A stretch of 50,821 nt of DNA. Source: Candidatus Fermentithermobacillaceae bacterium. Its GTDB lineage: Bacteria > Bacillota > Sulfobacillia > Fermentithermobacillales > Fermentithermobacillaceae. The notes beneath the pieces were generated by a model that had not been told where the DNA came from, ran no database searches, and worked only from the letters and a program-made list of their open reading frames with translations. The position numbers and the translations under genes were made by a program. Within the stretch, counting starts at the first letter, position 1. Each line of letters starts with the position of its first letter. This document shows positions 17,790 to 26,005 of the stretch, one piece after another. The stretch is from assembly GCA_012842425.1 (NCBI GenBank), contig DUSU01000099.1:1-50821 (forward strand). The letters are read 5' to 3'.

Positions 17790-19511
17790 ATGGTCAATAG
17801 CTACGTTCATTTGGACATCGGAAACACCGTTACCCGGGCAAAAGCCTGGAGCGCCTCTGCCCAAGGAGCACGGCTTCTGGCTTCCGCGACCATCCCCACG
17901 CCTCCGGCTCTCGAAAGCGTCGACCTCACCGAGAGCGCCTTCTTGGCGTACACGGAAGTGAAGGCCAAGGTTGAGGAGTCCGGGCAGAGGTTCGATCCTG
18001 AAGAAATCCTGGTCACGGTGAGCGCCGCCGGAGAGCCGAGAGTTGCGTGCGCCGGTGTGGTAAAGGGGATATCCGGAGAATCGGCCAAGCGCGCGGCTCT
18101 GGTCGCGGGGGCTACTGTGACCGATCTCCTCGCCGTAGATGACGGTCGCCTGGAATACCAGCGGATCCTCGACCTTAGAAGGCAGGACATCTCCATGGTG
18201 GTCATGGCCGGAGGTGTCGACGAAGAGATATTGGGACAAGGCCGTCACCAGCTCTTTAACGTGGCCAAGGTCGTTGCCGCAGGTCTGCCCGATCGAAGGG
18301 GGGCTGGGACTAAAGTTCCAGTCGTCTATGCAGCGTCGCTGGAAGGCCGCGAAGAAGTGCTCAAGATCTTCGGGGACTCAGTAGACGTGGTGTGGACCGA
18401 CAATGTGCGTTCCCGCCTCGAAGAGGAAAACCTAGAGCCCGCACGGGATGCCGTTCTGAACCTTTTCTCGACCGGGATCCGCCACGACCCACGGTTCACC
18501 GGGTTGGGCAGGTTTGGGGCTGCAAAGGTGCTTCCCACCGGACACTCAACCGGCCTCTCGGTCCGCAGGATGGCGGAAGTCCTTAAGCAAAACGTCTTAG
18601 TCATTTCGCTGGACGGAGATACCATCCAGGTATTTTCCCAGATCAGAGGGGTTTTTACCAGGACCGTGACTCCGGTAACGCGCGTACAGGCCAAAGATGT
18701 GACGAGATGGCTGCCGTCGGCGCGGTTGGGCGAGCGTCTCGACGACGTGCTGGCCAATTGGAAGGCCGCGCCGGGTACGCTTCCGGCATCGTGGGACGAC
18801 CTGGCCCTCTATCTGGCCATTCAGAAACAGGCGCTTCTTGAGGCCGTACGCGAGCACTCGGTAACCGCGATCGAACTACGCGGGATCCACAGACAGCGCC
18901 AGATCGGAGAGACCTTCCAGGTGAATGTCAAAGGAGGAGACACCCTGGTAAGGATGGAGCGAATCGGCACCGTGTGTATCACCGGTTTCTTGGCCGGGCT
19001 CCTTTCGCCGGCCGCGCTTCTCTCTCTCGTGCCGGATGCCTTTGAGCTTCACGGCGTGACAAAGGTTTACGTAGACAGGGAAGGAGTACTCGAGTCTCTG
19101 GCGGCCGTTCAAGAGGAGCCGGATCTTCTCCCCGAGTCGCTTCTTACACCTGCCGGTGTGATACTAAGTCCCGGCAGAAATGAAGAGCGCATCGGAACGA
19201 GGTGGGCCTTCATAAAGAAGGATTCCACACTCGAGCCCCTGCTTGTGAAGCCGGGAGAGATATGTCACATTCCCATACTGGCCCCGCATCCGGTGGTATT
19301 CGAACTGCATCCCTCAGGCAAGGGAGATGTGGGCGACGGAGAGGGCCGGAGATTCTCCGCTCAGGCGGTAGGTTTTGGTTCGGCCTACGTGGATGCCAGG
19401 GTGTTCGGCCGGAAAACCGATGACCGCTACCGTGAGAACAGGAACACGTACAGGGTGTTTGGAGTGTTCCCTGACGATGTTTTGAGCGGATGGGAAAGGG
19501 GGATGAAGTGA
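17790..19511 (+). CDS. GlmL/MutL-family (hydantoinase-A/reactivase-like ASKHA) protein, divergent paralog A
   Basis: 573 aa, colinear with the 605-aa paralog at 26006. Its nucleotide-binding motifs are degenerate (HLDIGNTVTRA; VMAGGVDEEI; ISLDGDTIQVFS). Confidence 0.7.
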   Translation: MVNSYVHLDIGNTVTRAKAWSASAQGARLLASATIPTPPALESVDLTESAFLAYTEVKAKVEESGQRFDPEEILVTVSAAGEPRVACAGVVKGISGESAKRAALVAGATVTDLLAVDDGRLEYQRILDLRRQDISMVVMAGGVDEEILGQGRHQLFNVAKVVAAGLPDRRGAGTKVPVVYAASLEGREEVLKIFGDSVDVVWTDNVRSRLEEENLEPARDAVLNLFSTGIRHDPRFTGLGRFGAAKVLPTGHSTGLSVRRMAEVLKQNVLVISLDGDTIQVFSQIRGVFTRTVTPVTRVQAKDVTRWLPSARLGERLDDVLANWKAAPGTLPASWDDLALYLAIQKQALLEAVREHSVTAIELRGIHRQRQIGETFQVNVKGGDTLVRMERIGTVCITGFLAGLLSPAALLSLVPDAFELHGVTKVYVDREGVLESLAAVQEEPDLLPESLLTPAGVILSPGRNEERIGTRWAFIKKDSTLEPLLVKPGEICHIPILAPHPVVFELHPSGKGDVGDGEGRRFSAQAVGFGSAYVDARVFGRKTDDRYRENRNTYRVFGVFPDDVLSGWERGMK

Positions 19512-20722
19512 TGGCCGTGTACGCTTTGAGCAGGCCGAGAGTCCTTAAGGACGCGCCGGTTAGGAGGCTCCGGATTTTCCCGTCCGTTGGCGAATCGATG
19601 GTATCCCCCGGGTCCAAGGTTGAGGCGGGTACTATACTCGGGAAGTATGCTTCCAGGCAGCGCCTTAGGTTTGTAAGGATGGAGACGGCGGGAGACAAGA
19701 TAGCCGCCACCTTGCTGGTTACTGAAGGCCAGAAAGTCAAACGCGGGGAAGTCCTCGGTTACTATTCCTACATGTTTGGCCTGGGTTACACGGAGTACAC
19801 GTCGCCCTGCGACGGCGAGATAGAGGTGATCAGCCACGCGACCGGACGTGTCGCCATAAAAGAGGAACCTTCCGAGATGGCGAGTCACCTCCCGGGGACA
19901 GTCGAGCACGTTGAGGAAGCCGTGGGCGTCCTGGTGCGTACCCGCGGCCATATGGTTGTGGGAGCCGCCGGAGCAGGCTATGCCAGGTCGGGGGCTCTTG
20001 TCAGGAAGGCCGGAGAGCCTACCGAGCAAGTGTCGCCTCAGAAGGTTAGCCCCCAAGATGCGGACCGTGTGGTCCTTGCAGGTTCTACAGTGACCAAAGA
20101 ACTCCTGGAGGCTTGCCTCAGGTCTCGCGTGGCGGCGATTATCGCGGGAAGCGCCCCCTTTAGCGTCGTGCAGTGGTACGAAAACCTTGTTCAGGAGCTG
20201 GACTGGGACGAATTCCTGGCAAGGTACTGGGCAAGGGAACTAAAGAAGAAAGACGCGGTCGTGCCGCGTCCCACCGAGATCGTCCCGGCTCTCGTGCTCA
20301 CCGAAGGGTATGGCAACATGCCTATGTCGGATGAGGCCTTCGAACTTCTCTCGTCTTTCGAGGGTAAGCCGGTTTTTGTAGACGGCGCGAGCCTTGCCGG
20401 TGTCGCGGCAGGCAGGTGGGATGCAGGCCCCTGTGTGATCATGCCCTTTGCGGGTGCCGGTGGCGAAGAAGCGACGGATGGCAGCGCGGGCAGCGGTTCG
20501 GGTGACCCGGCTGGGAGGCCCAAAGCCCTCAGAGAGCTGGCGCCGGGTGTGAGGGTCCGGGTTTATGGTCTCACCCGCGAGCCTGTAGAAGGGACTGTGG
20601 AAGGTCCGGCCCAAGAGGATTCTGCGCTTCCGGTTAGTATCCCGGTGAATTCCGTTCGTGTTGTCACCAAGGGCGGGGAGACGATTACCGTTCCGGCCGC
20701 GAACATTCAGGCCTTGGGGTGA
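19511..20722 (+). CDS. Uncharacterised cytoplasmic protein A: barrel-sandwich-hybrid (lipoyl-like) N-domain, central alpha/beta domain, KOW/SH3-like C-terminus
   Basis: ATG 19511 overlaps the upstream TGA (TGATG) and AAAGGGGGA lies 7 nt upstream. The ORF track starts at ATG 19490. Motifs shared with the paralog at 27825: LVTEGQ-V--G; YSPCDG(E/T)IE-IS; (T/M)EG(Y/F)G-MPM; G-RVR near the C-terminus. No signal peptide or TM helix. Confidence 0.75.
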   Translation: MAVYALSRPRVLKDAPVRRLRIFPSVGESMVSPGSKVEAGTILGKYASRQRLRFVRMETAGDKIAATLLVTEGQKVKRGEVLGYYSYMFGLGYTEYTSPCDGEIEVISHATGRVAIKEEPSEMASHLPGTVEHVEEAVGVLVRTRGHMVVGAAGAGYARSGALVRKAGEPTEQVSPQKVSPQDADRVVLAGSTVTKELLEACLRSRVAAIIAGSAPFSVVQWYENLVQELDWDEFLARYWARELKKKDAVVPRPTEIVPALVLTEGYGNMPMSDEAFELLSSFEGKPVFVDGASLAGVAAGRWDAGPCVIMPFAGAGGEEATDGSAGSGSGDPAGRPKALRELAPGVRVRVYGLTREPVEGTVEGPAQEDSALPVSIPVNSVRVVTKGGETITVPAANIQALG

Positions 20723-20821
20723 ACCGGAAAGCCCATAGGATCCTTTTTGAGGCGGGTATAGCGCGGCCTTGAGCATTCGTCCCCGGATCCGTCCGGCAAA
20801 GGGAAGAAAGGCGGTCTTCCC

Positions 20822-22909
20822 ATGAGGTGCCAAGATATCTTTCGCCAGAACCTCCGCCACTTAATGGCAGAGCACGGACTCAAAGTAAAGGACTTAGCCG
20901 ACATGGTCGGTCTAAGTCCTTCTTATCTTTCGCTCATACTCTCAGGCGAGCGGCAGAACCTCAGCGACTTCCACAAGGACGCCATAGCCCTGGCGCTTGG
21001 GACCACGGTCGCTGCACTGTACACACCGGGGGCCTTCGGTTTTCCCGCAGATGAAGCCGGTTTTCAGAGTGAGGAAGAAGGCCGGTTTGGAGCAATGACC
21101 GGCCGTCCGCTGAGGTCAGGCAGTGCTCCCAGACCGGGCCGGGAACTGGACCGGACGCTTGCACAGCGAAGGCGTGGAGCGCCTGAGCCCGGAACACGTG
21201 GGCCCGGTCGGGATATCGGTGCTTTCGAAGATTTCCTTAAAGCCTTGAACGTTAAGGATGACGCGCTTCTCGCCGCCTATTACAAAGAACTGAATGCCCT
21301 CTCGGATGACGAGATCGGGCGGTTCGGAGAGGTTATCCGCAGGACGCTTGCTTCATGGCAGGCAAGTTTGGCCGGCCAGCAGTCTGAGAAACCCGCCCCT
21401 GCGGACATATCCCTGACCGGGCCGCTCTCAGCCGAGGGCCGCCTCTTCGCCGGACTGATAGGTTGGCTTGCTCCTATCTTAGGAGACGTAGCGCTGGAGG
21501 TATTTGAGATAGCATTCGGATGGCCCAAAGGAAAGGCATTCCGCCTGGCGGGCGCTCTAGAGGCTGCCGGAGCGGTGATTGTGAGCCCTGCTGAGGAGGG
21601 GCGCGCAACGGTCAGTTTGGCTCCCCGTCTGGACCTGCGCCTTGCCCGGAACTGGGTACAGTCCCCGCTCAAAGAGGAGTGTCTGGGGCGGCTTGCCCGC
21701 CACCTGAGCTCTCTGCTTGAGGCCTCGCACGACGAAGAAGGCATGCGGCAAGCGTCGGAGGCAAAGGCCACCCCCTTCGGAGAGATCGGACCCGAGAAGA
21801 TAGGAGAGCTGTTCCTCGAGTCTCATGATTACCCGAGTGCCCGAGTCTGGTACGAGCGGGCGGCGGCGCAGTCCCTCGGCGCCCACTCCTGGAGGCTCGC
21901 CAAGGAGCATCTGGAAGTGGTGATGATGCTGGACGGCATCCTCGGGACTGACCCTGAGGAAAGAGCCCACACCTACCAGATGATAGCCGACGCGTGCCTG
22001 AACTTGGGCGATGTGGACGAAGCCCTCATGTACCAGGAGCACAACATTGGTTACTGGGAGAGCGCGGGCCGGAGGGCCGACGTGATAATGGGGCTTTTGA
22101 GAGCAGGCCTTATGCTGGCAAGACGCCGCGACTGGGCCAAAGCGAAAGAGTATCTCGAGCGCGCCATCAGCATCTCGTCCAATGACCTGGCGCTTCAGGC
22201 CCGGTCCCGGATCGGGTTGGCCTCTATTCTAGCGTCGAGTGGTTTGCTGAAGGCCGCGTTTGAAGAGCTTAACAAGGCGCTCGACATCGGGACCAGGCTC
22301 AATGAACCGCTCATCATCGTCCGGTCGCTCCTCGGACTGGGGCGTGCGTACCTTGCGCGAGGAGACTTGCGCAGGGCATCGGTCTCGCTCAACCAGGCGT
22401 TGTCCCTGGCCGAGAGGCGCGACCCCGTAGCGAGGATTTGGGTGGGCATCGAACTCGGCCGCCTGTCTCTGGAAGAAGGCGATTACGCCAGAGCCCGGCT
22501 GGAGCTCGAGACCGCGGCGGACCTTGCGAAAGTCGGCGGCAACCTCTCCGAGGAGCACCTTGCGAGATCGTACCTAGCAGCCTGTCTCAGCCTGATGCCG
22601 GAAGAGATCGACCTCCGCGAGGCGTGGGCTCAGGCAGACGCTGCCCGGAGGTTTTTCGAGAGCACGGGCGACTTAAGGCGGCTCGTCGTTGCCCAGGTGG
22701 CCTGCGCGCAGGTCTTCGCGGCGCTCGGAGACGAGGGCCTTGCGGTGAAGTACTTCGACCAGGCGGCGCGAGCGGGCAGGGACTCAGAAGACCCGGCCCT
22801 CGAGGCCTACGCATGCCGGGCCTATGGTGAATATCTGGAGAGACTCGGCGACGAGCTGGCTCCCGTAATGATCGAGCGGGCGAGGTGGGCCAGGGCCAAG
22901 CTGAAGTAG
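20822..22909 (+). CDS. XRE-family HTH transcription regulator with a long C-terminal TPR-like domain
   Basis: 695 aa. N-terminal Cro/C1-type HTH (FRQNLRHLMAEHGLKVKDLADMVGLSPSYLSLILSGERQ), an Arg/Pro/Gly-rich linker, then ~400 aa of helical repeats with a TPR-like A/L/Y/G pattern (YERAAAQ, ALMYQEHNIGYWE, AKEYLERAISI, LGRAYLARGDLRRA, YARARLELETAADLA, GLAVKYFDQAARAG). Confidence 0.8.
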   Translation: MRCQDIFRQNLRHLMAEHGLKVKDLADMVGLSPSYLSLILSGERQNLSDFHKDAIALALGTTVAALYTPGAFGFPADEAGFQSEEEGRFGAMTGRPLRSGSAPRPGRELDRTLAQRRRGAPEPGTRGPGRDIGAFEDFLKALNVKDDALLAAYYKELNALSDDEIGRFGEVIRRTLASWQASLAGQQSEKPAPADISLTGPLSAEGRLFAGLIGWLAPILGDVALEVFEIAFGWPKGKAFRLAGALEAAGAVIVSPAEEGRATVSLAPRLDLRLARNWVQSPLKEECLGRLARHLSSLLEASHDEEGMRQASEAKATPFGEIGPEKIGELFLESHDYPSARVWYERAAAQSLGAHSWRLAKEHLEVVMMLDGILGTDPEERAHTYQMIADACLNLGDVDEALMYQEHNIGYWESAGRRADVIMGLLRAGLMLARRRDWAKAKEYLERAISISSNDLALQARSRIGLASILASSGLLKAAFEELNKALDIGTRLNEPLIIVRSLLGLGRAYLARGDLRRASVSLNQALSLAERRDPVARIWVGIELGRLSLEEGDYARARLELETAADLAKVGGNLSEEHLARSYLAACLSLMPEEIDLREAWAQADAARRFFESTGDLRRLVVAQVACAQVFAALGDEGLAVKYFDQAARAGRDSEDPALEAYACRAYGEYLERLGDELAPVMIERARWARAKLK

Positions 22910-23186
22910 ACGCAATACCCTTTTTCGGAGTCCACCCAACATTCCGCTTAACACTGTTTCCGCAAATTGTATGACAATGCCATGACCTCGTCGTTCTGCG
23001 ATTTTCCTTACCTACCTGCGACACTCTCGCCTCTCAATATTCAGACGTATTGCTGGCGGCAATTGTGCAGCGCTGAAGTGATGACCAACGTCAGACCGCT
23101 TGCTCATAGCAAATCCGCTCCCGGTCAGGTCTCACCGGATCCCCATATAATAGTAACTGGGAGATGAAAGACGGAGGGAGTGTCTC

Positions 23187-24608
23187 ATGGATTTCATCCG
23201 CCTTGCTGTACGAGACGTTCGAAGGAACGGATCGCGTACCGGTCTCGCGATCGCAGCCACTGCCCTTGCCACTGTAATCCTCGTGCTCTCCAGGCTCGTC
23301 CCCCAAGGTTACATGAAGTACCTCGCCTACGCCGAACGTTCTTTCGCGGATGCAGACATTTTGGTGTGGAGCGCGCCTCAACACGTCTATTCAAAGGACA
23401 CATCGCCGCTGGAATGGAGAGATTGGTCGGGAGAAGAGTGGCAGTCTTTTGCAGGATACTTCTTGCCTGAACTCAAGTCCAAAGGATATGTCTCACCCGT
23501 GGACGCGCCCGGGTGGGGGCCGCTGGATGCCGGGAGACTGTCATCGATCATTTCTCAGGTCGAAGGCGTCGAAGAGGTTCTACCCTACCTGGCGTTTCCC
23601 TGCAAAGTGAGAGTGGGTGACGGCGAGTATGTGGACGCGATCCTCCGGGGCCGGGAGTTTCGCGGGCCAGACCGGCCTCTCGCAATGGACTGGCAGGTAA
23701 AGCGGGGTAGACCCTTGGGACCTCAGGACGAAAGATCACCTAACGCTCTTGTTCCTTTGGAACCTGAAGAGGAAGGTCCGCCGGGTGCCGTTGTCCCTCT
23801 GATTGCCGACGTCATAATACCCTACGCTCCGCATCTCGAAATGGAGATCTTGCTGCCGCGCCCTCAGGCCGGCACGGCACCATCTTGGGATAATCCGGTT
23901 TCCGCGAACCTCAGACAAGTCGGGGCATACAAGGTTGAGCTGGGAGTTGTCCCCGGCGAGTTCCCGGATGAGATTAGGCCCACCGGATACTGGAAGCGCC
24001 CTGAAGTCATAGTGAGCCGGACGACCTTCTTGGACCTTGTAAGCGGAGTGCTTCCCGAGCCTCCCGTGTATCAGATGCTGGTAAAGGTGGTCCGCCATTC
24101 AGACACAAAGGTCATCGTTGAGAGGCTCCGGCAGGCGCTCGGACCCGATTACGGGGTTTATGCGATCGCGGAACTTGTCTCAACCTCCGGCGACATGAGC
24201 GGGATAAGCCTCATCGTCCCCGACATGTCTTCGCTCATGAGATGGATGACCATCACCATGGCCGGCGGCATCGTTGCGGCATCCGTCTATGTCCTTCTGG
24301 CCCTCCAGACGCGAAAGATCGGGCTCCTCAGGGCCATAGGGGCGACATCCAAAGACATCATTTTGTATGCGTTGTCTGCCGTGGCATACACGACTCTTGC
24401 CGGTATCGCCATAGGTTTCGTGCTGGGCAAGATCATCACCTTAACCGTTATCGCAGCAACAGACTTTACCTTCTTCGAATGGCTTAAGATGGCGGGCTAC
24501 GACGCCCTCTTGTCCCTGTCGGGCATAGCGATCCCACTCACCTTGGGGCTGGCGGTCGCGATCTGGGCGTCTCGAATCCCCTGTGCGGAGGTGCTTAGAC
24601 GTGAGTGA
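23187..24608 (+). CDS. MacB/FtsX-type ABC permease with a large extracytoplasmic domain
   Basis: 473 aa. N-terminal LAVRDVRRNGSRTGLAIAATALATVILV (TM1), a ~300-aa hydrophilic domain, then a C-terminal FtsX domain (IGLLRAIGATSKDI plus three TM helices). GGAGGGAG lies 7 nt before the ATG. Confidence 0.85.
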   Translation: MDFIRLAVRDVRRNGSRTGLAIAATALATVILVLSRLVPQGYMKYLAYAERSFADADILVWSAPQHVYSKDTSPLEWRDWSGEEWQSFAGYFLPELKSKGYVSPVDAPGWGPLDAGRLSSIISQVEGVEEVLPYLAFPCKVRVGDGEYVDAILRGREFRGPDRPLAMDWQVKRGRPLGPQDERSPNALVPLEPEEEGPPGAVVPLIADVIIPYAPHLEMEILLPRPQAGTAPSWDNPVSANLRQVGAYKVELGVVPGEFPDEIRPTGYWKRPEVIVSRTTFLDLVSGVLPEPPVYQMLVKVVRHSDTKVIVERLRQALGPDYGVYAIAELVSTSGDMSGISLIVPDMSSLMRWMTITMAGGIVAASVYVLLALQTRKIGLLRAIGATSKDIILYALSAVAYTTLAGIAIGFVLGKIITLTVIAATDFTFFEWLKMAGYDALLSLSGIAIPLTLGLAVAIWASRIPCAEVLRRE

Positions 24609-25356
24609 TTGGCTTGGACCTATCTTGCACTGTCATGAGATCACCAAGCTCTACCCCGTGGCAGACGGGCTGTTTGCCCTAAAAAACGTAGAGCTCGAGG
24701 TGGAAGAGGGCCAGTTTGTGGTGATAACCGGGCCGTCAGGATCGGGGAAGACCACCCTCCTCAACATCCTCGGCGGGATCGACAGGCCGACTCACGGCGA
24801 GGTGATCCTCAAGGGGCGGAAGTACTCCCGGATGAGCGAGGACGACCTGGCTCTCCTCAGAAGGCGCGATCTGGGGATGGTCTTTCAGTTCTTCAACCTC
24901 ATACCGGAACTCACGGCCGCCGAAAACATAGGTTTTCCCATGAGGCTCCTCGGATGGGAGGAGCGAGCCGTGATAGATAGGCTGACTTATCTCATGGAAG
25001 CCGTGGGGATTTCGGGCAGGGCAGACCACTACCCGATGGAGCTCTCAGGTGGGGAACAGCAGCGCGTGGCGATCGCCAGGGCGCTGGCAGTGAAGCCCGC
25101 AGTTGTGCTTGCCGACGAGCCCACCGGCAACCTTGATTCGGCGAGGTCCAGGGAGATCATGGAGCTCTTCGCCAAGTTCAACAGAGAGGAGCGACAAACG
25201 TTCGTGGTGGTCACCCATGAGCGCGGGTTTGAGGAGTATGCCGATCTTGTCCTAAGGCTTTCAGACGGAAGAGTGGCGGAGAGGGTGGTGAAAAATGGTC
25301 AGCGTGGCGCGGAAGGAAAAACTGAGCGTCCCTCCTGTGCCGTTACACCTTCTTAA
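24601..25356 (+). CDS. MacB/LolD/FtsE-type ABC transporter ATP-binding protein (ATPase-2)
   Basis: [40 protein letters not shown]. About 60% identical by eye to ATPase-1. GTG 24601 follows GGAGGTG (24587-24593) by 7 nt and overlaps the upstream stop (GTGAGTGA). The ORF track starts at 24583. Confidence 0.9.
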   Translation: MSDWLGPILHCHEITKLYPVADGLFALKNVELEVEEGQFVVITGPSGSGKTTLLNILGGIDRPTHGEVILKGRKYSRMSEDDLALLRRRDLGMVFQFFNLIPELTAAENIGFPMRLLGWEERAVIDRLTYLMEAVGISGRADHYPMELSGGEQQRVAIARALAVKPAVVLADEPTGNLDSARSREIMELFAKFNREERQTFVVVTHERGFEEYADLVLRLSDGRVAERVVKNGQRGAEGKTERPSCAVTPS

Positions 25357-25987
25357 GACCATAGCGGTCAGGCGGATCGCGACCTACAAAGCGATTGTCG
25401 TAATCGTTTCGCTGTCAACCGCCCTGGCAGTGGCCGCATCTTTCGTCGTGACCGCGATGACGGAGACAATGATCTGGGCGATGGAGTCCAGGGTAGTGGA
25501 TAGGCAGGCCGACAGCGGGAGGCTTGCGGTGGCGATGGTCCGCCGGGCGAGCCGGGCGGCCTTTCTTCCCTGGCACGTTGTATCGCTGGCAGCGGCAGTT
25601 GTAGCCCTTTCCGGCATCGCTTGCGTGCTTTCCGTGAACTTTGTCGGCAGGAAGAAGAGCCTGGGGATCCTCAAGACGCTCGGTGGAACCACAAGAGACC
25701 TGACGAGGCTCCTTGCGCTTGAGGCTGCTTATACGGCCGCTTTCGGCCTCCCGCTCGGGCTACTGGGGGGCTCCGTCATCACGACAGCGTACTTGGGTAC
25801 ACAGGCTGTGAGTCCATGGTGTTTTGTTGTGTCCATCGTTTTCGGTTTGTTGTCGCTGGCGTCCGGCGTGTACCTACCGGTCAGGCTTGTGAGAAACGCC
25901 AGCTGCGCTCAACTCCTCCTGAACAGATCGGTTTACGCGTTCTCCAACCCGTCGTGCGCCCAGTGCGGTCTTTGCGGCGGATTCTGA
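25295..25987 (+). CDS. Small FtsX-type permease with a minimal extracytoplasmic loop and a Cys-rich C-terminal tail
   Basis: 230 aa with four predicted TM helices. FtsX signature SLGILKTLGGTTRDL. Only ~45 residues separate TM1 and TM2. C-terminal tail NPSCAQCGLCGGF. It overlaps the ATPase-2 end by 62 nt, and AGGGTGGTG lies 5 nt before the ATG. Confidence 0.75.
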   Translation: MVSVARKEKLSVPPVPLHLLKTIAVRRIATYKAIVVIVSLSTALAVAASFVVTAMTETMIWAMESRVVDRQADSGRLAVAMVRRASRAAFLPWHVVSLAAAVVALSGIACVLSVNFVGRKKSLGILKTLGGTTRDLTRLLALEAAYTAAFGLPLGLLGGSVITTAYLGTQAVSPWCFVVSIVFGLLSLASGVYLPVRLVRNASCAQLLLNRSVYAFSNPSCAQCGLCGGF

Positions 25988-26005
25988 TTATGGGGAGGGA
26001 GATGG

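Noticed and set aside
22967-23167. 66-aa ORF (and nested 28- and 37-aa ORFs) downstream of the XRE-TPR regulator, considered as a possible RNPP-type signalling pro-peptide
   Set aside because: There is no Shine-Dalgarno sequence before any candidate start and no signal peptide or hydrophobic N-terminus. The region looks like promoter/operator DNA. I keep it only as something to test by ribosome profiling.
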